Shown: one piece after another, positions 10,238 through 20,945 of the stretch | Position numbering within the stretch: position 1 is the stretch's first letter | Layout of the letters: every line of letters begins with the position of its first letter | From: an uncultured Verrucomicrobiae bacterium | GTDB taxonomy: Bacteria; Verrucomicrobiota; Verrucomicrobiia; Palsa-1439 | DNA: 64,000 bases | NCBI GenBank assembly: GCA_963812605.1 | Contig: CAWEWF010000006.1 | Coordinates: forward strand, 128,001 to 192,000 | Reading direction: 5' to 3' | The notes under the pieces: model-generated | What the model saw: the letters and a program-made list of their open reading frames with translations, nothing else | The model's database searches: none | Told to the model about the DNA's origin: nothing | Made by a program: the position numbers and the translations under genes

Positions 10238-11257
10238 ATGTCTTCATCAACTCAATGCTTAATCACCGGTGGCACTGGCTTCATTGGGCGTCATGTAGTG
10301 TATGGGCTACTCTCCCGGGGGGTGCCGGTGCGTGTGTTTTGCCGCACGCCGAAAAAAGCGCGACGGTTATTCGGAGACCAGGTCGTCCTTGCGCGCGGGG
10401 ATCTGCGCGACCGCAACAGCGTCGAACGGGCCATGACAGGTTGCGATTATGTGATTCACCTGGGCGCAACCTTTCAGTTTGGACGCAGGACGCGAGAGGA
10501 AAATGAGTTAACAAACATTTCTGGTACGCGATACCTGTTGGAAGCCGCGGAGAGAAACAGTATCCGGCGCTTTGTGCATATAAGTTCCTGCGGTTTATTG
10601 GAGGGCAGCAGCGACTTGCTGACCGAGTGCGATTTTCCGGCGGATGTTGACTTTCGAGAATCGTACCGTTACTCGAAGTGGCGAGCCGAAATACTTGCGG
10701 TAGAGGCCGCCCATCGCGGATTGCCGCTGACGATTGCTAGTCCTACAAGTCCACTCGGGGCCGGAGACGAGGCGCCGACGCCAACGGGTCGAATCGTGCG
10801 GGATTACTTACGGAACCGGTTCCCTTTCAGCGCCCGTGTGGGGTTGAACTTTATTCATGTAAAGGATTTAGCGGATGGAATCGTGGCGGTTGCCGAACGC
10901 GGTCGAACGGGTGAAAGGTACTTACTCGGCCATCACAATGTGTGGCTTGACGATTTCCTTGAGGTTTTGTCTCGACTAGCTCGACGCCCGGCTTCACGAC
11001 TGGTCTTGCCACAATCCGTAATCACACTGGCCGGACGGATAGGCGAGGTAATCGGAAGTGAATGGATCTGCCGGGAGACCTCGGCCCATGCCCGTCGACG
11101 GCAGTGGTTTGACTTTACGAAAGCGGAGCGAGAGTTGGGTTGGTGGGCGCGCACGCCATTGGAAACGATCGCCTTTGATTCCATCCAGTGGTTCCATGAA
11201 ACGCCAATTCCTAACCCGAATCTCTTGCTCGCGAAATCCAAGGTCTCGGCATCTTGA
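10238..11257 (+). CDS. NAD-dependent epimerase/dehydratase, HpnA-like
   Basis: TGGTGFIG, YRYSK catalytic YxxxK, P..P.G.GD..PTPTG, GERYLLG. Confidence 0.85.
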   Translation: MSSSTQCLITGGTGFIGRHVVYGLLSRGVPVRVFCRTPKKARRLFGDQVVLARGDLRDRNSVERAMTGCDYVIHLGATFQFGRRTREENELTNISGTRYLLEAAERNSIRRFVHISSCGLLEGSSDLLTECDFPADVDFRESYRYSKWRAEILAVEAAHRGLPLTIASPTSPLGAGDEAPTPTGRIVRDYLRNRFPFSARVGLNFIHVKDLADGIVAVAERGRTGERYLLGHHNVWLDDFLEVLSRLARRPASRLVLPQSVITLAGRIGEVIGSEWICRETSAHARRRQWFDFTKAERELGWWARTPLETIAFDSIQWFHETPIPNPNLLLAKSKVSAS

Positions 11258-11296
11258 ATTGTTGTTAAAAACTTCATGGCTACTTTTCCGAAATCA

Positions 11297-11647
11297 TTAA
11301 CCCGACCATCGGCGCTGAAGCCTCACGATCATTTCATGCGGGACCGTTGTTTTTGGAGAATGTCCTGCGGAAGTTGTTCGCTGCATCAACTCTGTCAGGA
11401 CCTCATGTATCCCCCGCTCCCTATCAAGTTTGGGGTATAGGTCGGACAGACTGATATTGAATACCCTGACGAAGTATAAAAGTTCGTAATCGTCCACATG
11501 CACCAGCCGAGATTCGATCTTCGCTACGCTTACACGATCAATATCCCAGCCCAATAGCTGCAACTTCGTCGAGAGTGTGTTCTGAGACCACTGACGTGTG
11601 TATCGCAACTTTCGCACCTGCGGCCCGATCATGTTCAGATACTTCAT
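11297..11647 (-). CDS. XRE-family HTH regulator
   Basis: IGPQVRKLR...WSQ..L..KLQL.G.DI.R..VAKIES. Confidence 0.85.
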   Translation of the reverse strand: MKYLNMIGPQVRKLRYTRQWSQNTLSTKLQLLGWDIDRVSVAKIESRLVHVDDYELLYFVRVFNISLSDLYPKLDRERGIHEVLTELMQRTTSAGHSPKTTVPHEMIVRLQRRWSG

Positions 11648-11978
11648 TTATTCGGCTCTCTCTTACCAAATTGGAATTGGAATGGGTGCCCGAGTAATCG
11701 GATTTGTCGTGAGAATACGATGAGGGTTGCGGCAGTCAGGCGGGAATAGGCCACCGGAACCGCCAACGGCCGGAGCAGTCCCCAAAATCCGTCAAAGCAA
11801 CCGATGCACAAAGGAGTATTCATCGCGCACCCCTCTTCTAACCCGGCGCGCGGAATTCGTCATGACAGGAAAAGGAAGATTCTCATGTAGGGAAAAGGAA
11901 TAGGCCTGTTGGTCCCAGGTCTCTACAGGCTGCTGTCGGCCATCCGCAAAGCGTGCTCAAACCCAAGCAACAGGTCCG

Positions 11979-12671
11979 TCAGGAAGATGAAGAGGCTTCA
12001 TGCCACCACAAAACAGCCGCCCGAAGAACTGCGGGTGCGGAGTCGACTCCGAGTTTCACCTTGATGCGCTGACGATAAAGCTCAACGGTCTTGTGGTCGA
12101 GCGATAGTTCGTCAGCGATCTCCTTGATATCCAATCCCCGCCCCAGCATCTCGAACACCTGTAATTCACGTGGGCTAAGCCTCCCAAGCGGATGTCGCGC
12201 TTCTACGGTTTCACGCGTTAGCGCGCACCCGGTAAACCACTGCAGCATTCGCGGGCTAAGATAAACTCCGCCATCGAGCACCGTCCGGATAGCGTGAACA
12301 ATGGTGTGCACATCTTGTCCCTTGTTCATATACCCATACGCGCCCAAATCGAAACATAAGGGAGCGTACAATTCTTCGTTGTGAGCGGAATGGACAAATA
12401 GCCGAAGATTCGGATAACGAATGTGTAAATCGCGAATCAGATCCAGCCCGTGGGAATGTTTCAGGGCGATGTCGATAATGACGAGCTTAGGACACAGTTG
12501 CTCAACCAACTCTAGTGCGGGTTGTGCGTCCTCCGCCTCACCACAAACGTTCATGTCCGATTCGCCATTAATCACGAAGCGAAGAGACATTCGCACGCTG
12601 GTATGATCATCGACTACGAACACGCCGCGTTTGTGCGGCTCTACCGTCTCCGCCAGGCGTTCCCGGTCCAT
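11979..12671 (-). CDS. NarL/LuxR-type response regulator (orphan in window)
   Basis: VVDDH receiver, IIDIAL, LSPRELQVF..LG.G...KEIA..L HTH. Confidence 0.9.
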   Translation of the reverse strand: MDRERLAETVEPHKRGVFVVDDHTSVRMSLRFVINGESDMNVCGEAEDAQPALELVEQLCPKLVIIDIALKHSHGLDLIRDLHIRYPNLRLFVHSAHNEELYAPLCFDLGAYGYMNKGQDVHTIVHAIRTVLDGGVYLSPRMLQWFTGCALTRETVEARHPLGRLSPRELQVFEMLGRGLDIKEIADELSLDHKTVELYRQRIKVKLGVDSAPAVLRAAVLWWHEASSSS

Positions 12672-12801
12672 AACCGTTGGCCTTTCTCCCACCCGACCTT
12701 GGCCTTGAAGGCCTGTAAGTTACTACGCCGTAAGGCTGTAAGTCCAGACAATTCCGATAAATCTGGGGTTACCAATCCCTCCAAGCTGGTTACCACAACC
12801 C

Positions 12802-13161
12802 TCAAAGTTCGCTTACCTTGATTCTGGCAACGTATGCCTCCTCGTGAATCGCGATCGCAACGTACCGCGCCGGCAGTTCTCGCACCCAATCAACCGCAAG
12901 CTTTTGAAATGCCAGGCCAAGTTCGCGCAAATGCTTTCCGGTGATTTCCACTTCGTGTCCGGCAAAACGAAGATTGAGGACATCATCGTCACCGTGCCGC
13001 TCAAATCCCACGGCGCTAAGATGACCATAGGGAAACAGACGAAAATTGCCGTTTGAGAACTCAACCCTCAGCGACAGGGCTCGCGTGTCCTTGTTCCAAC
13101 TAACGTAATTTTTACTGACGGTTTCAGTAGCGGGGCGGTCGTCAACTTGGTTGGTTTTCAT
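12802..13161 (-). CDS. Hypothetical protein coupled to the relaxase 3' end
   Basis: MKTNQV...LFPYGHL...EVEITGKHL..L; ATG overlaps the inferred relaxase stop (ATGA at 13158-13161). Confidence 0.7.
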   Translation of the reverse strand: MKTNQVDDRPATETVSKNYVSWNKDTRALSLRVEFSNGNFRLFPYGHLSAVGFERHGDDDVLNLRFAGHEVEITGKHLRELGLAFQKLAVDWVRELPARYVAIAIHEEAYVARIKVSEL

Positions 13162-15975
13162 GGCTTCACCTCGACAGTCCGGGACTGATGAATGTCCCGT
13201 TCCCTTCTGGTCGCGATGAGCTCGCGTATCCGGTGACTCATGGCCTCCGCCAGGACTCGCGGTCGGGGACAACTACGACAAATTCCATGGAATTCCGAGC
13301 CTTTGGACAAATTGCTTGTTCGCCAGCTCCATAGCCAAAGTGCGGTCACCCGTAAGGAGAATGTTCTCGCGGAGTTGCTCTTTGTCGCTGGTGAAAATCT
13401 TGATACCCCGGCGTCCCCGGGAAATCGTGACATACCACTGTTGCCGGTTCGTGGCCGGTTTGATGGCCGAGTCTGAAAAGAGGACGAAATCGACTGTTTT
13501 ACCTTGGGACGCATACGACGTGATGGCAAAACCGCGCACGAACTGCCGGTAATTCCGACCGAGAATCCGTCCGTCCTGGAGCTTGACGCGGCCATCCGCC
13601 AGTACTTTATCAAGCGTAACCAGTTCCCCGTTCGCGATACGTTGGCCTTCGCCGGTCCTGCCATTGGCTTTCAGTTGCAGTCGGTCTCCGGCAGCCAGCG
13701 CCAATTCTCTGGGCTGACAGACCGTCAGACGATCCAGGAATTTGAAGGGGACCGTCCGCACGGTGTTGGCAGCTTCCAAAACCAAACCGTTGCGGGTGAT
13801 GGCCACCAGCCGGCCTGTTTGACCTTTCTTGAAGCCGGCCGCATTGCGATTGAGCACGATTATGGTGTCGTCTCTGTAAAAGCGGCGATCACGCTTTTGC
13901 GCGTCCGTGAGGTCAACCGGCTCCAGCGCGGTCACTATCTGCTCATACGTGGCGATGAAGCCACGGGATTTCAGGGCCAAGCGCACGCGGTCATTCACTT
14001 TGTGGATTTCCGACCAGGTTTGCGAAACCACCACCACCGTCTGACGTTCTTCTGCAAGCGTCAGGTAATGCTCAGCAAGACGTTCCTGTTGGTCGAGTAA
14101 TGTGCAGGTGACAATTGCCCCTTGCTGATCCAAGCGGCGGAATGATTTGCTCAGTTTCCCTTCGGCAGCTTCTTTCACAGCTTGTCGGTATTGCTCAATC
14201 TGCCGTCGTTCCGCTCTCGTCTTGGCGCGAGCGGGATCTTGGCGGCGAATCTCCGTCAGTTCCGCTGCTCTCAGCCCCGAATACTTCTCAATGGCTCGCA
14301 GTGCATCGGACGCTTCCACCGCTCCGTGTTGACGCGTGTCCCCGGACAGAATTACACGGCCAGCATTATCGCTGACGTACTGGAGAAGTTGTTGCATTTG
14401 CTTCGCCCCAAGCTGACCGGCTTCATCCACAATGACGACCGTGCCGCGGATCAGTGACTGTTTCGTGAGAAACTCACTCACCGTCTGAGCGCCCTCCAAT
14501 CCATCGCGCTGTAGGTCGATGACTTGCTGGCGTTGCGGCGCGATCACCTGGATTGTGTGCCCCGCTGTCTGTAATGCGGCTCCCACCCCTCGCAGCACGA
14601 AACTCTTCCCAGTGCCGGCACCGCCGCGAAATAGAGTGACGAAGTCCCCCGAATTCAGGATGCGTTCGACTGCTTGCCGCTGATCCCGGTCAATCCGGGG
14701 ATTCGTGTGGGAAGAAACTGCGCATAGTGGATCGAACTGTCCGATTAGGTCCTTCGCCATGCACACGATGTCCCATTCGCGCTGCAACGTTTGGAAGGTC
14801 GTGACTTGGTGCGGGCTCCCCTTATTGCGGATGTAGTCCCGTTTCTGCGTAATTGCCTGCAATTCTCCAATCTCGATATTTTGGCCGCGCGCATACTCCA
14901 ACGCATGGCGCCAAAGTTCATGCTCAAGAACAACCGAGCGACGGTCGAACAAGTGTTCCTCCGCCCACATGACAGCGGACAAGGCATCGCTTCTGATTCG
15001 CCGGTCCTGTTTCGGCGACTCACTCTTTAGATCAACCAGGGACTGCTTTTCCGTGGCAGAGATTTGGTTATCCCAGTGGCATCGTAAATCCTCCAGTCGA
15101 ATCCCTTTGATTTTGCGCAGCCGTTCGCTTTGGGCAATGCCTTCGCGAATGTCCTTCACATTGCCATCGCGCAGATGCGGTTTCTTCGTCAGTAACGCCT
15201 GCGTCTTTTCATCAATCTCCTGATGGCGCTTCGAGAACCGCTGGCAGAGTTCCTGGGAGAGACCCTTGATCTCGAAGTCGCCACGTCGATGGTTGTCCAA
15301 TTCGTATCCGAATTCCCCAAGTTCTCGCGCCAGCGCATGATAATAGACGTTCTCGACGTATTTCCGTGCCCGCAACATTTCGAAGTTTTGTAACGCCTTC
15401 CAACGGTTTTCTTCCGGATCGAATGTGGCGTTGAATAGGATGCAATGGCTGTGCAGGTGTGGGTCTAAAGCCCGCGAGGTGTCATGTTGAAAGACAGCGC
15501 AGACGATATTCGCCGTGGTTCGGTCAGACAAACTCCCCTCAGCGTGTACCCGCGTGGTAGCGAATTGCTCCAACTCTCCGAGTGCCGCCACGACGGCACG
15601 GTTGTGGGCCTCGACAATGCGGGAGTCGCGTCCGACTAATGCGGCAATCGAAACCGATTTGGGAGGCGAAAAGGTGAAATCATAGAAAACGCGGCGATTC
15701 GCCACCTCGCACGTCTTGCCGTCCTCATTGACCTCGTTTCGGGTGGTCTTGATCCGTTGCGTTAATCGCTTGCCCGTGCGGGGATCGAGGTTGTCGCAAA
15801 GCTGGAGGAACTCGTCGCGCCTCACCGTTCCCGCGATCTGGAGAGACTCCGCGCCTTTGCCGAACCACTGTCCAGCAATGGATTGTCCTTCGCTGTAATA
15901 GTCGCCCGCACCCAGGTGTTCTTCGAAGTACTCTTTGGCATTCGCCAGACGGTACTGCGTTTTGGGTGACAGCAT
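13158..15975 (-). CDS. MOBF (TrwC/TraI) relaxase-helicase; probable frameshift near 13275
   Basis: N-terminal Y...DYY, YDFTFSPPKSVS, HDTSRALDPHLHSH (HUH), GGAGTGKS, VDEAG, GDTRQH, ITSYASQGKT, YVTISRGR. Confidence 0.93.
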
Positions 15976-16133
15976 CGAACACACATACCGCTATTCGCAG
16001 GAAATTGTGTTCCCAAACGGGAACAACTTGTCTTGTGGAATGCGCTTTACTACAGCGCATGGAAAGATGGCACGCCCGACCTCTAACTCGCGTTAGAAGG
16101 CTGTGTACCACCGGATGACAATTTGATGCGCCA
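15976..16133. promoter_or_regulatory. Divergent promoter region, candidate oriT
   Basis: Between relaxase and HTH accessory gene; contains the 18-bp palindrome and hairpin ATGCGCT-N7-AGCGCAT (16040-16060). Confidence 0.45.
16008..16025. repeat. ICE palindrome copy 1, TGTTCCCAAACGGGAACA
   Basis: Identical to 24516-24533 and 32282-32299. Confidence 0.95.
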
Positions 16134-16487
16134 ATGAATGAACCGTCCACGTCCGATCCAATGAGCCACCGGTTTGCCGAGGCGGTGCGAAACTATGCTC
16201 CGACCGTGCCACGGAAGCAGCAAAAGCTCCTCACGCTCAAGTCGGGGATTGCCGAGCTTCGGCGCAAGGGCGCGTCGTACAAGACCATCACGGACATTTT
16301 GCGTGCCGCGGATGTGCCAGTTTCGCGCACGACTGTATCGCGGTTTTGCCGGGACGTTCTGCAGTCGGCCCATCCACGGAAGCGGCGCCGTCCCGCTTCC
16401 CGAAGCTCACCAACTCAACCATTGCACACTTCCGTGCCGCCCGTGAGCACCGGCGGGCCGCGAATCGCAGACCCCCGGACCATCTAG
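16134..16487 (+). CDS. HTH DNA-binding mobilisation accessory protein
   Basis: IAELRRKGASYKTITDIL....VPVS..TVSRF HTH; divergent from relaxase. Confidence 0.7.
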   Translation: MNEPSTSDPMSHRFAEAVRNYAPTVPRKQQKLLTLKSGIAELRRKGASYKTITDILRAADVPVSRTTVSRFCRDVLQSAHPRKRRRPASRSSPTQPLHTSVPPVSTGGPRIADPRTI

Positions 16488-16489
16488 CC

Positions 16490-17182
16490 ATGCAAAGGCA
16501 GCTAAACCTGATTCTTAACGGAAAGGGCGGCGTCGGTAAGAGTTTCTTTGCGGTCAACTTTATCCAATACCTCAAGGACCAACAACTCAAGCATGTTGCC
16601 ATTGATACCGACAACGAGAACTCGACCCTGAAGCGCTTCCACCCGGAGGCTCGATTCGTGAATCTGGAGAAGTCACGGGAAATCGACGAACTCGTTGCCG
16701 CCGTCGAAACCGCGCCGCTGGTGGTGGTCGATTGCCGGGCCGCGTCGACGGAACTGTTTCTGACCTATTTCACCGAATTGGCCGTCTTCGATGTCCTCAA
16801 AAGTATGGACGCGGTTCTGACAGTTGTATCACCTATCAATCATGATCTGGACAGCGTGGAGCAGGTTCGGTTCATCGCGAACTCATTCAACAGCCGCTGC
16901 CGGTATCTGATGGTGAAAAACCGCGCTTTTACCGAACAATTTGCCATTTACGACGCCAGTGAGACTCGGAAGCAACTGTTGAATGATTTGGTCGCGAAAG
17001 AAATGACCATTCCAAAGCTCCAAGACTGGTTGGTTGCCGCGTTGCACCAGTACAATCTCGCCGTCGGCCAAGCGGCTCAGGACGTAAGGTTCACCCTCAT
17101 GGATCGCCAGAGGCTGAAGAACTGGCAACGGCAGTTCGCCGGGGAGATCGAATTAGTACACGAGGTGGTTCTGCCGGCATGA
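16490..17182 (+). CDS. ParA/MinD-like ATPase (VirC1/StbB-type mobilisation accessory)
   Basis: Deviant Walker A GKGGVGKS, IDTD.EN, VVVD. Confidence 0.8.
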   Translation: MQRQLNLILNGKGGVGKSFFAVNFIQYLKDQQLKHVAIDTDNENSTLKRFHPEARFVNLEKSREIDELVAAVETAPLVVVDCRAASTELFLTYFTELAVFDVLKSMDAVLTVVSPINHDLDSVEQVRFIANSFNSRCRYLMVKNRAFTEQFAIYDASETRKQLLNDLVAKEMTIPKLQDWLVAALHQYNLAVGQAAQDVRFTLMDRQRLKNWQRQFAGEIELVHEVVLPA

Positions 17183-17541
17183 GCACCGAAGACCGAAAGC
17201 TGGCCCTCAAGAATGCCATTCTGGAGTGGCGGAAGAAGTACACGGTGCAAGACGGCGATCCGATGCTGGCCGCCGTGGAATTGTGGGAAATCTACTTCAC
17301 CCACGCCCAACTCAATGGCCCAAAGGAACGGCTGCCGTCATTTGAGGATTTTCGGGACACGATGGAACAGTGCGAACGGTTGAGTGGTGATCTTACAGGA
17401 CGAGCCGCCGAGATCATTGAGGAATTGCGTGCCGTGCCGAAAATCAGGAGCGACCTGAATCGCTTCCCGATGTTCGCGTTGGTATTCACCGCCGCGCTGG
17501 CGCTGCTCGCGGGCATCCTCATCGGGAGGCTAGTGCAGTGA
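17179..17541 (+). CDS. Hypothetical protein with C-terminal TM, mobilisation operon
   Basis: ATGA/GTGA coupling to both neighbours; DGDPMLA.VEL motif. Confidence 0.65.
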   Translation: MSTEDRKLALKNAILEWRKKYTVQDGDPMLAAVELWEIYFTHAQLNGPKERLPSFEDFRDTMEQCERLSGDLTGRAAEIIEELRAVPKIRSDLNRFPMFALVFTAALALLAGILIGRLVQ

Positions 17542-18812
17542 GCAGCACGCGGCATCTTGGATTCACAACAGCCGGTTTGTCTCTAGCAGCCGGGGCGTAC
17601 TTTCTCATGAGCCAAGACCCACCGCTCTCATGGGTGTTGGCTGGGATGTTCGGTCTTATCGGCGGCTATGCGACTGCCACTTCTCTTCGCACGAGACGTC
17701 GTCCGATCGTGCGATTGAAGGGGCTGGCGTGGACGCAGGAGGATTTCTGTCGCGGTTGGCTGATCACCGGGGACACCGGCTCCGGGAAAACGCGCTCCGG
17801 GATCACACCACTGCTCTACCAGGTATTCCACAACGAGCCGCGCTGGGGCGGGCTCTGCATTGATGACAAAGGCATTTATTGGGAAACGCTTTCGGAGATG
17901 GCCCGACACTTCAACCGGCAAAACGATTTGATCCTGCTCCAGGTCAGACCGGACGACGCCCCGCTTAGTTGGAAACCAACCCACACCTATAATCTCACGT
18001 CCGATGCTGGCATTCCGTACAGCACGTTCGCCAAATTCGTCGTTGATACCGCCGCCAGCCTCGGCCAACAGGGTGACAAGAGCTTCTTCAAGAGTCAGGC
18101 GCAGACGCACATTGCCCACGCGTTGGAGGCGCTGTATGAGGTTCAGGCTGACGTGACATTGGAGAATGCCCACGAGCTACTGCTGAACGAGGAAGAATTG
18201 GACGACACGCTGGCCGAGTTGTCGGACGGCTACCCAACTGAGCGTCGCCGTGCGCTCGTGGAGCATTTACAGCATCGTTATCTCAATCAACCGCCCGAAC
18301 AGATGGGCGGCGTGAAGGAGACCGTCGCCAATTATCTGCACAATTTCCTGACCCCCGACATCGCGCAGATCTTCTGCCCTGCCGCCAACACGTTTCAACT
18401 GAGCGACATAGACCGTGGAAAAATCATCTGCGTCGCCATGCCTCAGAAATTCCAGACGGAACGCCGGTATGTGAACACGTTTTTGAAAATGCTCTTCTAT
18501 ACGCACGTCTTGCGGCGTTTCGACCGGCCGAAGGAACAACGCAAGAACGACAACCTTCTGATCTTGTGGGCTGACGAAGCGCAACGATTCGTTACCTCAA
18601 ACGACGAAGGAATGAGCGACTACAACACGATCGACGTGATCCGCGAGGCGAACGCAGCCGTCGTGGCCGCCGCCCAATCATCCACGTCGTTCATTCCGCC
18701 TTTGGGCAGGGACAAAGCAAAAGTGCTGTTGCTGAATTTGCGGAACCGTATCATTTTCAAAGCTGCCGACGAGGAGGGCGCGCAGGAGAGCGCCGATTTC
18801 CTCGGCAAACGG
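17538..18812 (+). pseudogene. virD4: Type IV coupling protein VirD4/TraD, 3'-truncated
   Basis: Two N-terminal TMs, GDTGSGKT, WADEAQ, AAAQS; homology-like sequence stops after ESADFLGKR. Confidence 0.85.
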
Positions 18813-20474
18813 TGTAACTTCGATGAGTTGGGTTGCCTCTTTGAGTTCACGAATCCATGCAAGCGTTGGCTCAATTGTCTGCCACTTGGTTTCGATACCG
18901 CGAAACAACCCGCCGAGCAAAGTCCCCGCCGATGAACCCTCGAACGCGACTCGATTTCTTTCATGTGTTTCAAGTTCGTCAAGGAGCGCGACCGCGTCTT
19001 CATCCGATGGAAACGGTGAATTTAGAAAGGATCGCACAGACTTGCGTACTTTGTGGTAGCGCATGGAGAACCACCGCGACCAGTGACCAGTGAATGAACG
19101 CAATTCGCGTCTCTGGACGGTCATCGTCTCGATATCAGGTAAATCACCAAAGACGACTCGGCCAGAGTTTCGGTCACGAAAGTCTTGAAGTTTGCGACTC
19201 TCTGCAACTGCTGTTGAAACGATTTCAGCATTCGCTTTTGAGCAGAGGGCTTCAATTGGTAGTCCGGTCGGAGCTTGCGGACGATTGAGAAGGAATAGAA
19301 CTAGCTTTTTCGCCTCATGGATCTGATCCAGGCTCTCAGGCGGAAGGAGCGGCCAACCCTCAAAATAACTACTGAAAGCGTTCATCGCGGTCTGTAGAGC
19401 AGTACGCAATCTCTCCACCTTGTCAGCTAGTTGAGTTACAGATTCCAGCGTCTGGTTCTGTAGTCCAAGCTCATGAATGAACCTAGCTCCCTGTCGTTGT
19501 GTGTCGAGGAGTCCGTCGTCAGGAGGTTGTCCAATTTTAATCTCTGGAAACCAGCTACATAATTCTTCAAAGCACTTTTGGTACGCCTGGATGGCTGAGG
19601 TAAACAACTGTAGCGTCTCCGCCGGGCCGGAATCCCCAACGAGTCGAGCAACAACATTTTCAGCACCGTTTGTCGGGATTTTGAGCAACTTCGCAGGAAT
19701 ATCCGTCAACGCCGCGAGAAGTCGAAAATCTCCAATCCTGAGTGTCGCTCTCTCAAAAACCCCGGTCGACAATTCGAGTGGAGTCTTGCTAGCAATATCA
19801 TGCACAAGACCTGAGAGTTGAGAGAGACCTTGTTCAAGTCCAGGAAGCTTGCAAAGCGGAACGTTCCCCAGCGCATGCTGACATAAGCAAAGTGCAGATT
19901 CATCCAAGATACCGGTCGCTGCCCCGTCGAGTAATCGGTTTGAATCAGCAACGCGGGAATTCAGCCGCGCGACACTAGTATGGTAGCGCGAGAGTCGTTG
20001 AACAAAAGCTCGCGCATCGCTTTGCTTTGCAGGATCATCTAGCACATGGAGTGCAAGCAGCAACTTGCCTCCGTTTGGAACGTGTAAATCCGGATTCGAG
20101 CGATGACTGGCCAGCACCTCAATATGTTTCCATGCAATTTCGGCTTGATCGGCTGGTTGGTTGGCGAACCCTAGCGCATTTACGCCCGCTGGATTTAGGG
20201 ACGCGTAGGCGAAAAGATCCTCAGCCCAGCGTAGTATTTCATTAAGCTCGTCGAGGGAGACTTTAGACGATGCCACAGAACAACGAGGGCTGACGACTGA
20301 TGCGACTGCATTGAGCGCTTCCGTGGCGCGAGCCGCGACATAGCTCCGATTGTCGGCGGTAAAGCGGAGATGTCTTTGGGCCTTCGTTAACTGGCGATAG
20401 AACTCCTCTAAATCTCGTTCGAATCTGGCAGTCGCTGTAGTGTTGTCTGGTGTCTGCCATAGAAACTCTAATAG
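18812..20474 (-). pseudogene. Internal helical fragment, probably of a DUF4011/DUF3320-type SF1 helicase
   Basis: Long alpha-helical ORF with W.RWFS.RY..VRK and G.LF.G.ET.W motifs typical of the insert region of these helicases; no own start or end. Confidence 0.55.
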
Positions 20475-20532
20475 GTTCGCCCCGCTCAATCATGCCGACA
20501 AGTTCCTCTACGGATGCTTCAGCTTTTGCCAT
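20474..20532 (-). pseudogene. N-terminal stub (about 19 codons) of a GmrSD/DUF262-type restriction protein
   Basis: MAKAEASVEELVGMIERGE matches the recalled start of DUF262 proteins (..GELRLPEMQR), then diverges; AAGG RBS upstream. Confidence 0.55.
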
Positions 20533-20708
20533 TTGTTAAACCTTCGTTTTGGTAGTGGGTGTATCAAGGGGGTAAGCAAGACAGTAGCAAGCTCGGCAAG
20601 CGAGCGCAACTGCTTCCAATGGGGCCGCGAGAGCAATGGGTGAGCGGGATCAGACGGGCCGAACTGGCGGCGGAATTGAAAGCGAGGAGTTTTGCCCGAA
20701 GCAGAAAA

Positions 20709-20927
20709 TCAGGAAGAGGGAGGCCGCAATGTGGATGCATCAACTCCGGCCCAACGACATACTTCTCGGTGCGTATTTTTACCGTAATTGCGCGGGTTTC
20801 GGTACGGATACAGGGTTCCGTTTTTGAGCGCTTTGATAATCGCCTCTTTCTCAATCGCAATTCCCCCCTTTGTCAGGCAGTTCGTGGTTCTTCGGGTCAA
20901 GCCGTTAGGAAGAATGATCGATTTCAT
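20709..20927 (-). CDS. Small stand-alone protein resembling the RNA polymerase alpha CTD
   Basis: LTRRTTNCL..GGI ... RNYGKNT..EV parallels LSVR..NCL...I ... PNLGKKS..EI. Confidence 0.55.
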   Translation of the reverse strand: MKSIILPNGLTRRTTNCLTKGGIAIEKEAIIKALKNGTLYPYRNPRNYGKNTHREVCRWAGVDASTLRPPSS

Positions 20928-20945
20928 GCGCCTCAATTCTGTCGA

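Noticed and set aside
11644-11823. 59-codon ORF coupled (ATGA) to the XRE gene on the minus strand
   Set aside because: No recognisable motif or composition support; may be chance
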